Positions 15,259 through 26,052 of a stretch of DNA of 64,000 nucleotides are shown one piece after another (position 1 is the stretch's first letter; each line of letters starts with the position of its first letter). The DNA is from Octopus sinensis (Eukaryota), in NCBI RefSeq assembly GCF_006345805.1, contig NC_043006.1:63736001-63800000 (forward strand). The letters run 5' to 3'. The translations under genes were made by a program, and so were the position numbers. The notes below the pieces were generated by a model that saw nothing but the letters and a program-made list of their open reading frames with translations, ran no database searches and was not told the DNA's origin.

Positions 15259-15260
<2 letters not shown>
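12640..15260 (+). mobile_element. 5'-truncated CR1/L2-group LINE (APE + RT ORF2 remnant)
   Basis: MGDFNLP, LDLVFSN, SDH (APE); NYRPISLTS, QHGFR, YLDFS, GVPQGTVLGPLLF, FADD (RT); LYSLQRRRERY C-terminus, stop at 15185. Flanked by (TA)n. Confidence 0.92.
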
Positions 15261-15296
<36 letters not shown>

Positions 15297-15355
15297 GGGT
15301 GTTATATATATAGGGGTTAGAATATATATATTATATATATATAATATATATAGGG

Positions 15356-15750
15356 GGAGGTGTGGCTGTGTGGTAAGTAGCTTGCTTACCAATCACATGG
15401 TTCCGGGTTCAGTCCCACTACATGACACCTTGGGCAAGTGTCTTCTACTGTAGCCTCGGGCCAACCAAACCCTTCTGAGTGGATTTGGTAGATGGAAACT
15501 GAAAGAATCCCTTCGTATATGTGTGCGCGTGCGTTTGTGTCTATATTTGACCCCCATCAGCGCTTGACAACCGGTGTTGGTGTCTTTACATCCCCGTAAT
15601 TTAGTGTTACAGCAAAGGAGATCGATAGAATAAGCACTAGACTTAAAAAATAAGTCCTGGGGGTCGACTTATTCGACTAAAATCCTCGAAGGTGGTGCTC
15701 CAGCATGGCTGCAGTAAAATGACTGAAATAAGTAAAAGAATAAAAGAATA
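15356..15750 (+). mobile_element. tRNA-derived CORE-like SINE (further pieces at ~18665-18800 -, 19360-19480 -, 23993-24265 +, 50250-50400 +)
   Basis: A box TGGCTGTGTGG, B box GGTTCAGTCCC, CACCTTGGGCAAGTG core-like motif, A-rich tail. Confidence 0.75.
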
Positions 15751-15754
15751 CACA

Positions 15755-15785
<31 letters not shown>

Positions 15786-15825
15786 TGTATGTATGTATGT
15801 ATGTATGTATGTATGTTTGTATGTG

Positions 15826-16110
15826 AGTGACAACCTGGCCACTGGTGGTGGTGTAACACACCATACTAATCATATCTGTCGGGCATGTGGAAGAGAGTGT
15901 AATTCGGCAGGAGGACTTAAACGACATGCAAAGGTACATGAAACTCAGTTACAACTACAGCCGGCTATTACCAGTAAAGGTCTTAATTGTCAATTTTGTA
16001 CAAGACGTTGTAGATCTTTAGCTGGGCTAAAAAGTCACATTCGATCACAGCACCAGTAACAGTTAAGCTTCGTGCAATGGCCATACTCGATAACGAGGGG
16101 GGAACCATAA
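15826..16110 (+). mobile_element. 3' end of an RTE-like LINE with two C2H2-type fingers
   Basis: CRACGRECNSAGGLKRHAKVH and CQFCTRRCRSLAGLKSHIRSQH*, then a short 3' UTR running into (TATG)n. Confidence 0.6.
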
Positions 16111-16136
16111 TGTATGTATGTATGTATGTATGTATG

Positions 16137-16167
<31 letters not shown>

Positions 16168-16365
16168 TGTATGTAGTTCAGTTCAGGTTATGGTAAAAAC
16201 AACATACAATTCTATGCTGGATGTATGTGGAGTGTATTTAATGTATGTTAATTTATGTAAAATGAACAGGAATTAATTTAACATCTCCCGTGGTTTTCGT
16301 TCTATCGATGCAATGCATATATTAGCGGGTTTGGAAGTTATTGCACTCTGTGACAGTACACGTGT

Positions 16366-16432
<67 letters not shown>

Positions 16433-16494
16433 GTGTGTGTATGTGTGTGTGTATATATGTGTGTGTGTGTGTGTAGGGAGAGAGAGAGAGACAT

Positions 16495-16842
16495 GCGAAG
16501 GCGTTTGGCTCAGTTGTTAGAATGTCGGGCTCACGATCATGAGGTAGTGAGTTCGATTCCCGGACCGGGCAGTGTATTGTGTTCTTGAGCAAGACACTTT
16601 GTTTTCACGTTGATCCAGTTCACTCAGCTGTGGAAATGAGTTTCGACGTCACTGGTTCCAAGCTGTATCCGCCCCTTTACCTTTCCCTTGGATAACATCG
16701 GTGGCGTGGAGAGGGAAGGCTGGTATGCATGCGCGACTGCTGGCCTTCCATAAACAAGCTTACCCGAACCTGTGCCTCGGAGGGGAACCTTCCAGGTGCA
16801 ATCACGTGGTCATTCATGACCGAAGCGGGTCTTTACCCTTGT
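16495..16842 (+). mobile_element. tRNA-derived SINE
   Basis: A box TGGCTCAGTTG, B box AGTTCGATTCC, TTGAGCAAGACACTT central motif. Confidence 0.75.
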
Positions 16843-16849
16843 ATGTATG

Positions 16850-16881
<32 letters not shown>

Positions 16882-16956
16882 TGTATGTATGCTGGACCGC
16901 TGAAATCTACATGTTTGTTTTTTTTTCATTCTCTCTCTTTTTACTTTCTCTTATTC

Positions 16957-16992
16957 CTTTCTGTTAAAGAGCGTAGGCTCGAAACATTAAAG
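16957..16992 (+). ncRNA. hammerhead-like motif, decayed variant core
   Basis: CTTT-CTGTTAA-A-GAGC-GTAG-GCTC-GAAA-CATT-AAAG. Confidence 0.4.
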
Positions 16993-17701
16993 ACTTTTTC
17001 ATTTTTCCCGAGTGTCAAACTAATACACTTGCTTGTTGTTCATACACCTGTCTTCGTCTTTTGTTTTTCTATAAATTTCAACTATGTATGTTTTTATGCC
17101 AAGTTTATAATAAAAACAATTTAACATTGAAAAAATACTTTTTGCAGAGACCATATAGAAGTGAGATGATAGTAACTTCGAAGTTTCAACGTCCTAGCTT
17201 TCGCAAACATATATGTGTTTGCGTATGTTTATGTGTGAGTTTATGAGTGTGTGTATGTGTGTGTGTGTGTGTGTGTGTATGTGTGTTGTGTGTGTGTGTG
17301 TGTGTGTGAGTATGCGCCAGTGCAAATATCACAACATCGCATAATGCACATACTATGACACACACACACAAGAAGACACAAAAACACACGCACTCACACA
17401 TACACACATGCATACACACACACATGCATACACACATATATACACACACTCATATACAGACACACATAAACACACACCCACACAAACACACACATAAACA
17501 CACACATACTCACGCACTTACACACACACACACGCACACACACACACACATACGCAGTCATACGCACATGCACGCGCATGCGTGTGTGTTTTAGCAAGAG
17601 TGAAAAGGAGAAGGAAGAGGAGACCAGCGAAGCGTGTTTTCTCCACATCACCACCATCTCCACCACTATTTTTCTCTTCCCCCCACCACCACCACCATCA
17701 C

Positions 17702-17766
<65 letters not shown>

Positions 17767-18983
17767 GCTTTCTTCTCTTCACGCTTACGTTTTGCGTCTG
17801 TATCTGTTTGGCTAGTCTCATTTGGTCTGATGAACACAAACACACGCGGTCGCTATGTGTGACATCTTGTTTATATATATATATAATATATATGCGTGTG
17901 TTTGTCTTTGAACATTGCTCCGGTGTGTTTGTGCATATGTTTACATTTGAGTCCGTCTTTTTGGAAAAGTATGTGTATATGTGTGAATATTCATGGTGGT
18001 GTAATTCGGACTGTATGTAGTATATATGTCTGTGTGTATTTTGTGTGTGTGTGTGTGTGTGCCGTGCGTGTTATTTATGTTGTTCTCTGTTGTCTTGGTA
18101 TGGCTAATGTCATCTACTCCCTGTCTGTATTAACCAGACGCGAAGTTCTAGGAATCTAATAGCAAACAGCTCAACATTAAACTGGTAAACAGATTCGTGG
18201 TTTGTTCTTGCACACAAACCTAAATAGACAAACGATGTACAAGCACAATACGCTGTGCATATATCATATATCACGTGATCACGTGACCGACCAGACCATC
18301 AGATGTTGTTACACATCGCTGGTCACAATACGTTCGCATTGTTTTAGCCTTCGAATGACGCCACCCCGTTTGGCTAAGCGAGCAGGCCAACAGAAGAAAG
18401 AGTGAAAGAAAGAGTGGTGAAAGAGTACAGCAGGGATCATCCCCACCCCCTAGATAATAAAATTAATGGTATACACCTGGTATACACCTGGTAGCTTATT
18501 GGTAAAGCACGGTCACAGTCAAGTGTTCGTTATGTATATGGCAAATGATAGACGGAAGATGGAATATACGAGAATTTTTATTATTAACTACAATTGTTTC
18601 ATGGTTAATAATAAAAATTCTCGTATATTCCATCTTCCGTCTTTCATTAGAGAAAGAGAGAGACAACAGGCTTCTTTCAGTTTCCTTCTACCTGATCCAC
18701 TCACAAAGTTATATTAGAAGATATCAACCCTTGGTGCCACGCATTCGGACTGGACCTGGCACTATGTGGCTTGGAAGCAAACTTCTTACTACACAGCCAC
18801 GACCCTGCCTATACATATATATATAGTAGAAAAACAGCCAACAACTGATGAAGGGTCGTTATTTGTGTTATTTTCTTGTTTTCCATTTGTGTCTTTCGTT
18901 GTTCAAAAACATAGTTCATATTCCATGTACTCGTACTTCGTATTTTTTGTGTTACACGTTTCATGACGTCCTGTGTACACATA

Positions 18984-19026
<43 letters not shown>

Positions 19027-19929
19027 AATAGTAAAAAGTGAAAACAACTACAGAAGGCTTAAAGGTTTAAAAATATATATATTTGCGTCAATATGTCTGA
19101 AGAATATTAAAAAAATTTTTCTTATAATGACATAATTTTGAAGAAAGACCGGTTTCGCGTTTAGCTTTTCATGTATGTATGTATGTATGTATATAAGAAT
19201 TTTTGCGTAATGAGATAAAAAACCAAGGTTGTGTAGATATATATATATAAATATATATATATACGTATAGATGTAAGTATGTACATATACGTATATATAT
19301 ATACATATATATTAATTATATTATATATGTATATATATACACACACACACATGCTTCCACACAGTTTCACTTGCAAGGTATTGGTCGGTTCACGGCTAAG
19401 ACACTTGTCCAAGGAACTGCGTAGTGGTACTGAACCCGAAACCACATGGTTATAAAGCAAGATTCTTAACCAGACAGCCATATCAGAGTTTTTTTGTTTT
19501 TTGTTTTTTGGTCTGCAACTACGATTCTTTTTACTGACATTTTTAATTTTACACGTAACTGTAGTTTTTTTGTTTTTTGGGAGCTTTTTCAATTGTTTTT
19601 GAAATTTTACCTTTCTTAAGACACCTGGAAAGACCGCTTTAACATTTTCTTAATTCCAGAGTACTAATGCCGAATTGCTTCCTGTATGGTGTGTATCATT
19701 ATTGTTATTATCATCATACTCAACAGAAGAAATGAGATCATGTCTCGTTGCAGACAACAGAACAAATTCATTTTTAAAAACTAGTCTCAACAAGTGTGTG
19801 TGTGTGTTTGTCTGTATAGTGTTAACAATAGCAATATTGCAACTAGTCATGTTATTGATTAGTAATATCTACGAAATTGATAGCGCTGATGTTGACTTAT
19901 CAGCTCTTGTAGTATATAGCATTGCTACT

Positions 19930-20060
19930 TTTGGTGGTAGTGGTAGGGAAACTGTTATTAATTTTGGTGGGGATGGTGGTTGTGGTGGAAGTGGTGATGG
20001 TGGTTTTGATAGAAGTGACAGTGATATTAGCAGTGGTGTTGTTGTAATTGTTGTTGTTGC

Positions 20061-20091
<31 letters not shown>

Positions 20092-20962
20092 GGTGTGGTT
20101 TCTGGTGGCGGTGGTGATGTTGAAATTGCTGTTGATGTTGGTGGTGGAAATGTTGCCGTTGTTGTTGTTGTTGGAAATAGTAGTGATGGTAATGGCGGTG
20201 GGGGAGATGGCGGTCGACGTGGTGGTTGTCATGAAGTTGTTGTTAATGGTGGTGGTGGTGGTGTAGTTAGCGATGATGATGTCTTGTGGTGAAGGTGATG
20301 GTAGTGATGGTGGTGATGATGATGTTGGTAAGGGAGGCGGTGATTGTGGTGTTGGATGCTGTCGGTGTTGTTGTTGACGATGGTAATGGCGGTGGTGGTG
20401 GTGGCAGCAGTAGAGGAGAAGGTGGTGACGGTGGTGTGTGTGTGTGGAGGATAGTGTTGTTGTTGTTGTTGTTGATCTTGGTGGTGGTGGTGGTGGTGAT
20501 GGTGGTGGTGGTGGTGGTGGTGGTGGAGCTTATGATATTGGCAATGGCTGTGGCATTGTTCTTGGTAGTGGTGACGGAGTTGATGGTGAAAGTGATGTGA
20601 GTGGCGTCGGCCGCATCGGCGGAATCGGCGGCAGCATCGGCATCGGCGGCATCAGCGGCATCGGCGGCATCAGCGGCATCGGCGGCACTGGCGGCGGCGG
20701 CGGCGGCGGCGGCACCGGCGGCACCGGCGTCGGTGGGGGAGGTTGTGGGTGGGATGATGCTAAGTGGTAACGACAGTGATGCTATTAATATTATTGATAT
20801 TGAAGTTAAAACTCTCAGGATTCCTCAATGTTGATGCTGTTGTTGTTGTTGTTCCGCCTCCCCACAAACACAGCCCCACCACCACCGCCAACACCATCAC
20901 CACGTTATATCCCTCCCCCTCACCTCCTCCTCCCCCTCCACCACCAATACCACCACCACCAC
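19930..20962. repeat. degenerate (GGT)/(GTT)n array with a CpG-rich (CGG)/(GGCATCGGC)n core at ~20601-20735 and a (CCA/CCT)n end
   Basis: Directly visible low-complexity triplet repeats. Confidence 0.9.
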
Positions 20963-21146
20963 GGCTTTCTCTCACGCTCTCAATATATTTGATTTCCTAC
21001 TTAATGTATTATTTTACCTCTTATCTTTATTTCTAATAGATTATTTCTGAAACACTTGCCATATCGATGAGGCAAAGCTACGGCTTTATCGTTAATTGAG
21101 ATTATGTGCGAGCGAGTGTGTGTGTGTATGTGTAAGTACATTATAT

Positions 21147-21207
<61 letters not shown>

Positions 21208-21235
21208 ATATATATATATACATATATATACATAC

Positions 21236-21292
<57 letters not shown>

Positions 21293-21311
21293 TACATACA
21301 TATATACATTC

Positions 21312-21342
<31 letters not shown>

Positions 21343-21389
21343 CATACACACATGCAGAAACATATGTACTTGTAAATATATATATATAT

Positions 21390-21433
<44 letters not shown>

Positions 21434-21552
21434 TATATAGGAGCATAATGCACACACATACATATATACATGCATACCAATATCTACTCATAAATACAGA
21501 TAATATATATATATATATATATGAACATATATGCACATATATATATGTAAAT

Positions 21553-21627
<75 letters not shown>

Positions 21628-21721
21628 GTGTATGTGTGGGTGTATGTGTGTGCACATGCACATTTGTATATACATATGTACATAAATACATACATTCATA
21701 TTACATTGTTAAACACAGAAG

Positions 21722-21937
21722 AGGCGGCGAGCCGGCAGAATCGTTAGCACGCCGGGCGAAATACTAAGCGGTATTTCGTCTGCCTGGTACGTTCTGATTT
21801 CAAATTCCGCCGAGGTCGACTTTGCCTTTCATCCTTTCGGGGTCGATAAATTAAGTACCAGTTGCGTACTGGAGTCGATGTAATCGACTGGCCCTCTCCC
21901 CAACAATGACGGGCCTTGTGCCTAGAGCAGAAAAGAT
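21722..21937 (+). mobile_element. tRNA-derived SINE, GGCGGCGAGCTGGCAGAA family (more than 10 copies in the window)
   Basis: The recurrent core TTCAAATTCCGCCGAGGTCGACTTTGCCTTTCATCCTTTCGGGGTCGATAAATTAAGTACC also occurs at ~25.6k, 25.9k, 27.1k, 27.6k, 37.1-37.4k, 43.0k, 43.6k, 44.3k, 47.1k, 56.3k and 59.7k. Confidence 0.8.
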
Positions 21938-22384
21938 TGCTACAAACAGATTGCTCAACACATGTATATGCATGTTTTATATATATTTATATATTATTTG
22001 TATACATGTTGTTATATATATAATAAAACTTTATATATAAAGAACGTGAAATACACGAAGTGACGAACACGGAAAACAGACAGTCATTCGAAGCCTTCAT
22101 TCTTCAGTCAGAAATCGATTCATCATGGCAAATTTCGCTGTTTAATTCTGAGATTTGCTCCAAAACGGCCAGCCCCAAGGAAAAGCTAAGCTATGGGCAT
22201 TAGATTTCTTTGGTAGAAGGAAAGAATGTGAACGCAACAACAGAGACGAATAGGAAAACAAGAGACGAAGATAAAATTGGAAACAGCAACGGTTAAAAAC
22301 AAGACTTTGAGACAAAATGATATAGTTGGAATTTTCAATACAACAAATAGATGTATTAGGTTAACGCTCGGGAAGTGAGAAAGT

Positions 22385-22420
22385 GTTTTACATTTCGAGC
22401 CTACGCTCTTCAACAGAAAG
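22385..22420 (-). ncRNA. hammerhead-like motif, variant core CTGTTGA
   Basis: CTTT-CTGTTGA-A-GAGC-GTAG-GCTC-GAAA-TGTA-AAAC on the reverse strand. Confidence 0.45.
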
Positions 22421-23344
22421 GAACACAGAAATAAGCAGAGAGAGAAAATAACACGGGCGTGCATGCACACACAGTGTGGGGAGAGGAACTTTTATTTAAA
22501 ACATGTTGTCCTTCGTTCAACTGCTTTTTGGCCTAACCTTTGGACTGTTACTTTTGTTGCCATGCCCACTTCTAATTCTACCCGTTTCTGCTTCCGTTCG
22601 ATCTGATAGATCAGGGTTGAACAGATCTAAACAATGACTCTCTCCCTCTCTCGCTCTCTCTCTCACACACACACACACACACATACTCTCTCTCTCTCTC
22701 TCTCATACACATACTCTCTCTGCCACTCTCTCTCTCTCTGTCTTTCTCTCTCTCACTCACTCTCACACTCTCATACACACACTCTCACTCACACACACAC
22801 ACTCTCTCTCTCTCTCAAACTCTCATACACACACTTCTCTCTTTCTCTCTCTCCCTCCCTCCCTCCCTCCCTCTCTCTCCCTCTGTCTTTCTCTCTTACA
22901 CACACGCACACACACACACACACATACACACACATCGGGGTACCCTCTTGAACAAGAAGCAACCAACCTCTGGCCTGCAAACAAAACCTTGGTCATGCTC
23001 AAATTTGAACCACCCATACGAAGGGCAGAAAATACAATTTAAATTTCAACCCAAAAGACAGCAATTTTCGACATAAATTACTTATCACACTGCCATAACA
23101 TTAAACGAGATTCTGTGAGCCTTTAAGATCTTGTAACGTTAATCAGGAGTTGAACATGTACGAACTGAACGCATAACCGTCACACTTTTATTTATTTCTT
23201 TATTGCACACAAGGGGCTAAACAAGTCACGCTTTTATCGCTGACAATTAGCTTTTAACATCTGTTCCCCTACCCACGTCATACACACACACACACACACA
23301 TACAAGATCCAAGAATACGCACATTTGTTCTATTTTCTTGTGTA

Positions 23345-23992
23345 CTGTGCTATTAGTAAAGAAAGGCCACATTAGAGCTCACTGCCCTCTACAGAGGAAG
23401 ACGAAAGAAGAAGCGGTACTGGAGACGGAGGAGATAAAGGAAGAAGTACAGAGAGATGGAAGGAAGAAGTAAGATGAATGGCCAGTGACAGAGAATAAGG
23501 GGAAAAGGAGAAAGAAGAGCAAGGTCAGTGTGATGTGGGACCCCAGACAAACTCTATCGTACCCAACACCACTCAGACCCACCCTCCCCATACAGACACC
23601 AAACCCACCCACCCCCTCTCCCCACAGGAAAAATAAAGAAAGAAGAGACACCACAAAATTTGCAAGACCCCTCACCCGGTGAAAAAGGTTATGTGTACAT
23701 GGAGGAGAGAGTGTTGTCACTCAGTGATGGGGGAAACGGTAAACGAAAGATTAGATCAAAGACTAAAGAGGACTCAGGTCTCAGAGATGGCGAGTGGTGT
23801 TACTCAGTGTGGCGTGAGTAACACACTTTTCATATTCTCAAGTTATCATTCATGTAGCATTATTTTTATATTTTGATTTTATTGTTTTTCATGTTCATTT
23901 TCATGTGTCATTCATAGCATCATATTTTTATTTTATTATATGTCCCCACATGTGTTGTAGTGTCTCCCTCTATGTAATGCCTTTATGCCAAT
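23345..23992 (+). mobile_element. 5'-truncated, diverged copy of the ORF1-only retroposon family
   Basis: CY..KKGHIRAHCP knuckle remnant, then acidic/basic and Pro/Thr-rich segments, a hairpin at 23797-23824, a T-rich tract and a TATGTCCCCA...CCTTTATG tail, as in 29121-30737. Confidence 0.7.
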
Positions 23993-24749
23993 CCCACAGC
24001 GTCGCACCTTGGGCAAGTGACTTGACCCCGGCCTGACCAATGCTTTGTGAGCGGATTTGGTAGGCGGAAACGTGTGGAAGCTCGTCGTGTGTGTATGTGC
24101 TCATATCACCACCACTTAACAACTGGTGTTAGCTTGTTTACGCCCCCGTAACATAACAGTTCGGCAAAAGAACCCGAGAGAATAAGCACCAGACGGGGGA
24201 TTGATTTATCCGACAAAAATCTCTCAAGGCAGTGCCCCAGCATGGCCGCTGTTCAATGACTAAAGATAGACCTGAGATTAACCAACAACAGTAAAAGAAA
24301 AACAAAACACATTAGCCACCACAATACCAGACTGTTTTTCCCCTCTCCTCTTTGTGTCAGAGGGGTGGGCGCCACCGACGACAATTGGGGATTTCGAAAT
24401 ATTTAGGTATCCGTTTTTGTTTTTCTTTTCTTTCTCCATGTGTGTGTGTGGTGTGTGTGTGGTGTGTGTGTGGTGTGTGTGTGAATAAACCTTTCTTCTG
24501 GTGAAATTTCATCTCCGCAGTTTTAGCTTTTTAACAATACGAAACAAGAAAAATTTTCGAATTCTGAGCATTTCTGAAGACACACACACACACACACACA
24601 TTCCCCCACAAACCAAATTCAGTGTAATTTTTCTCAATTACTCGCTAATTTTATTTTCATTGTTTACGTGTATTTCTATACATAGATACAAATACATACA
24701 TATTGTGCACGTGGGTAACTCTGTATACATACACATATAACACACACAT

Positions 24750-24782
<33 letters not shown>

Positions 24783-24830
24783 CCACACACATTTATATGT
24801 ATATATATATATATATATACACACACACAT

Positions 24831-24868
<38 letters not shown>

Positions 24869-24894
24869 TATATATATATACACACATTTATATG

Positions 24895-24928
<34 letters not shown>

Positions 24929-25822
24929 TTTATATGTATATATATATATATATATACACACATTTATATGTATATATATATATATATATTATATATATAT
25001 ATATACACACACACAGCTGGTCTTTTACAGTGTTTTTCCTATCTTAGCTAACTCATAAAATGTTTCGGGTTACCCAAAAACTGACAGCCAACTATTGTCA
25101 TATTCAGGGTAGATGGGGTAGAGATCACCCACCTCCTCTTCCTCTCAACGCAATCGACATCTTGCCGGAGGGAGAAGGCGGGAGTGGAAGACTCTCTCGT
25201 CACCTCGCAGTAAACAAGAAATAAAATACTTTCCAAAAAGAAAAACAAAATCAAACATAACTGATGATATTTCTATTTAATGAAGTTCACAGAATTTGAT
25301 ACAATAACAGGCAATTAAAATTTACGTTGCCCTTCCTGATGGAGTCAGGGGAGCGCCGTCGTAACAATGTAGCGAGTCTTGCTTGCTTCTAAAGTCGATT
25401 TGGAAGAATTTGAACTCAGAATGTAAAAGAGGCCAGAAGATTCTGTTAGCTCCGCCACCCTTCTCTTCTGAATAAATCATTTGTTTTTAAATCTATTTTC
25501 CTTTGACTAATTTTTTGTTTATAAAATTATTTTCTACTCTAGGCACAAGGCAAGAAATTTTTTTGGTGGGGGGGGGGCAGTCGATTAGATCGACTCCAGT
25601 ACGCAACTGGTACTTAATTTATCCGAAAGGATGAAATGCAAAGTCGACCTCGTCGGAATTTGAATTCAGAACGTAAAAAAGCCCGGAAGAAATTCTGCTA
25701 AGCATGTTGTCCGGCGTGCTAACAATTCTGTTTGCTCACCACCCCTCTCTTCTGAATAAACCTTTTTTTTTTTTTATCTATCTTCCTTTGTCTAATTTTT
25801 TGCTCATAAAATTATTACCCAA

Positions 25823-26052
25823 GGCGGCGAGCTGGCAGAAACGTTAGCACAACGGGCCAAATGCCTAGCGGTATTTCGTCTGCCGCTACGTTCTGAGTTC
25901 AAATTCCGCCGAGGTCGACTTTGCCTTTCATCCCTTCGGGGTCGATAAATTAAGTACCAGTTACGCACTGGGGTCGATGTAATCGACTTAATACCTATGT
26001 CTGTCCTTGTTTGTCCCCACTGTGTTTAGCCTTCTGTGGGTAAGAAAGAAAT
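25823..26052 (+). mobile_element. intact SINE copy with target-site duplication
   Basis: TAAAATTATTACCCAAGG occurs at 25807-25824 and 26053-26070. Confidence 0.85.

Noticed and set aside
15886-16059. Host C2H2 zinc-finger gene exon
   Set aside because: No TGEKP linkers; the C..C.R.C.S..GL..H pattern and short 3' UTR fit an RTE C-terminus.
16495-16570. tRNA genes at SINE heads (also ~15360, 21725, 41910-41980)
   Set aside because: A and B boxes are present but there is no complete cloverleaf, and each runs into a SINE body.
18845-18856. CTGATGA as a hammerhead core (also 2576 and ~30803)
   Set aside because: No convincing stem II plus GAAA and closing stem I.
19675-20834. Gly/Val/Ala-rich ORFs resembling shell or cuticle structural proteins
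   Set aside because: Triplet-repeat DNA open in several frames on both strands; no credible splice sites or unique domain.
426-25047. Dozens of ORFs rich in YI/CV/HT/MYVC/LS/ER
   Set aside because: Translations of di- and tetranucleotide microsatellites that lack stops by chance; no coding signal.
25030-25240. Possible 5' fragment of the ORF1-only family on the minus strand (CTCCCTCCGGCAAGATG vs CTCCCTACCGGGAGAGATG)
   Set aside because: Only a short motif is similar, and no matching protein sequence follows.
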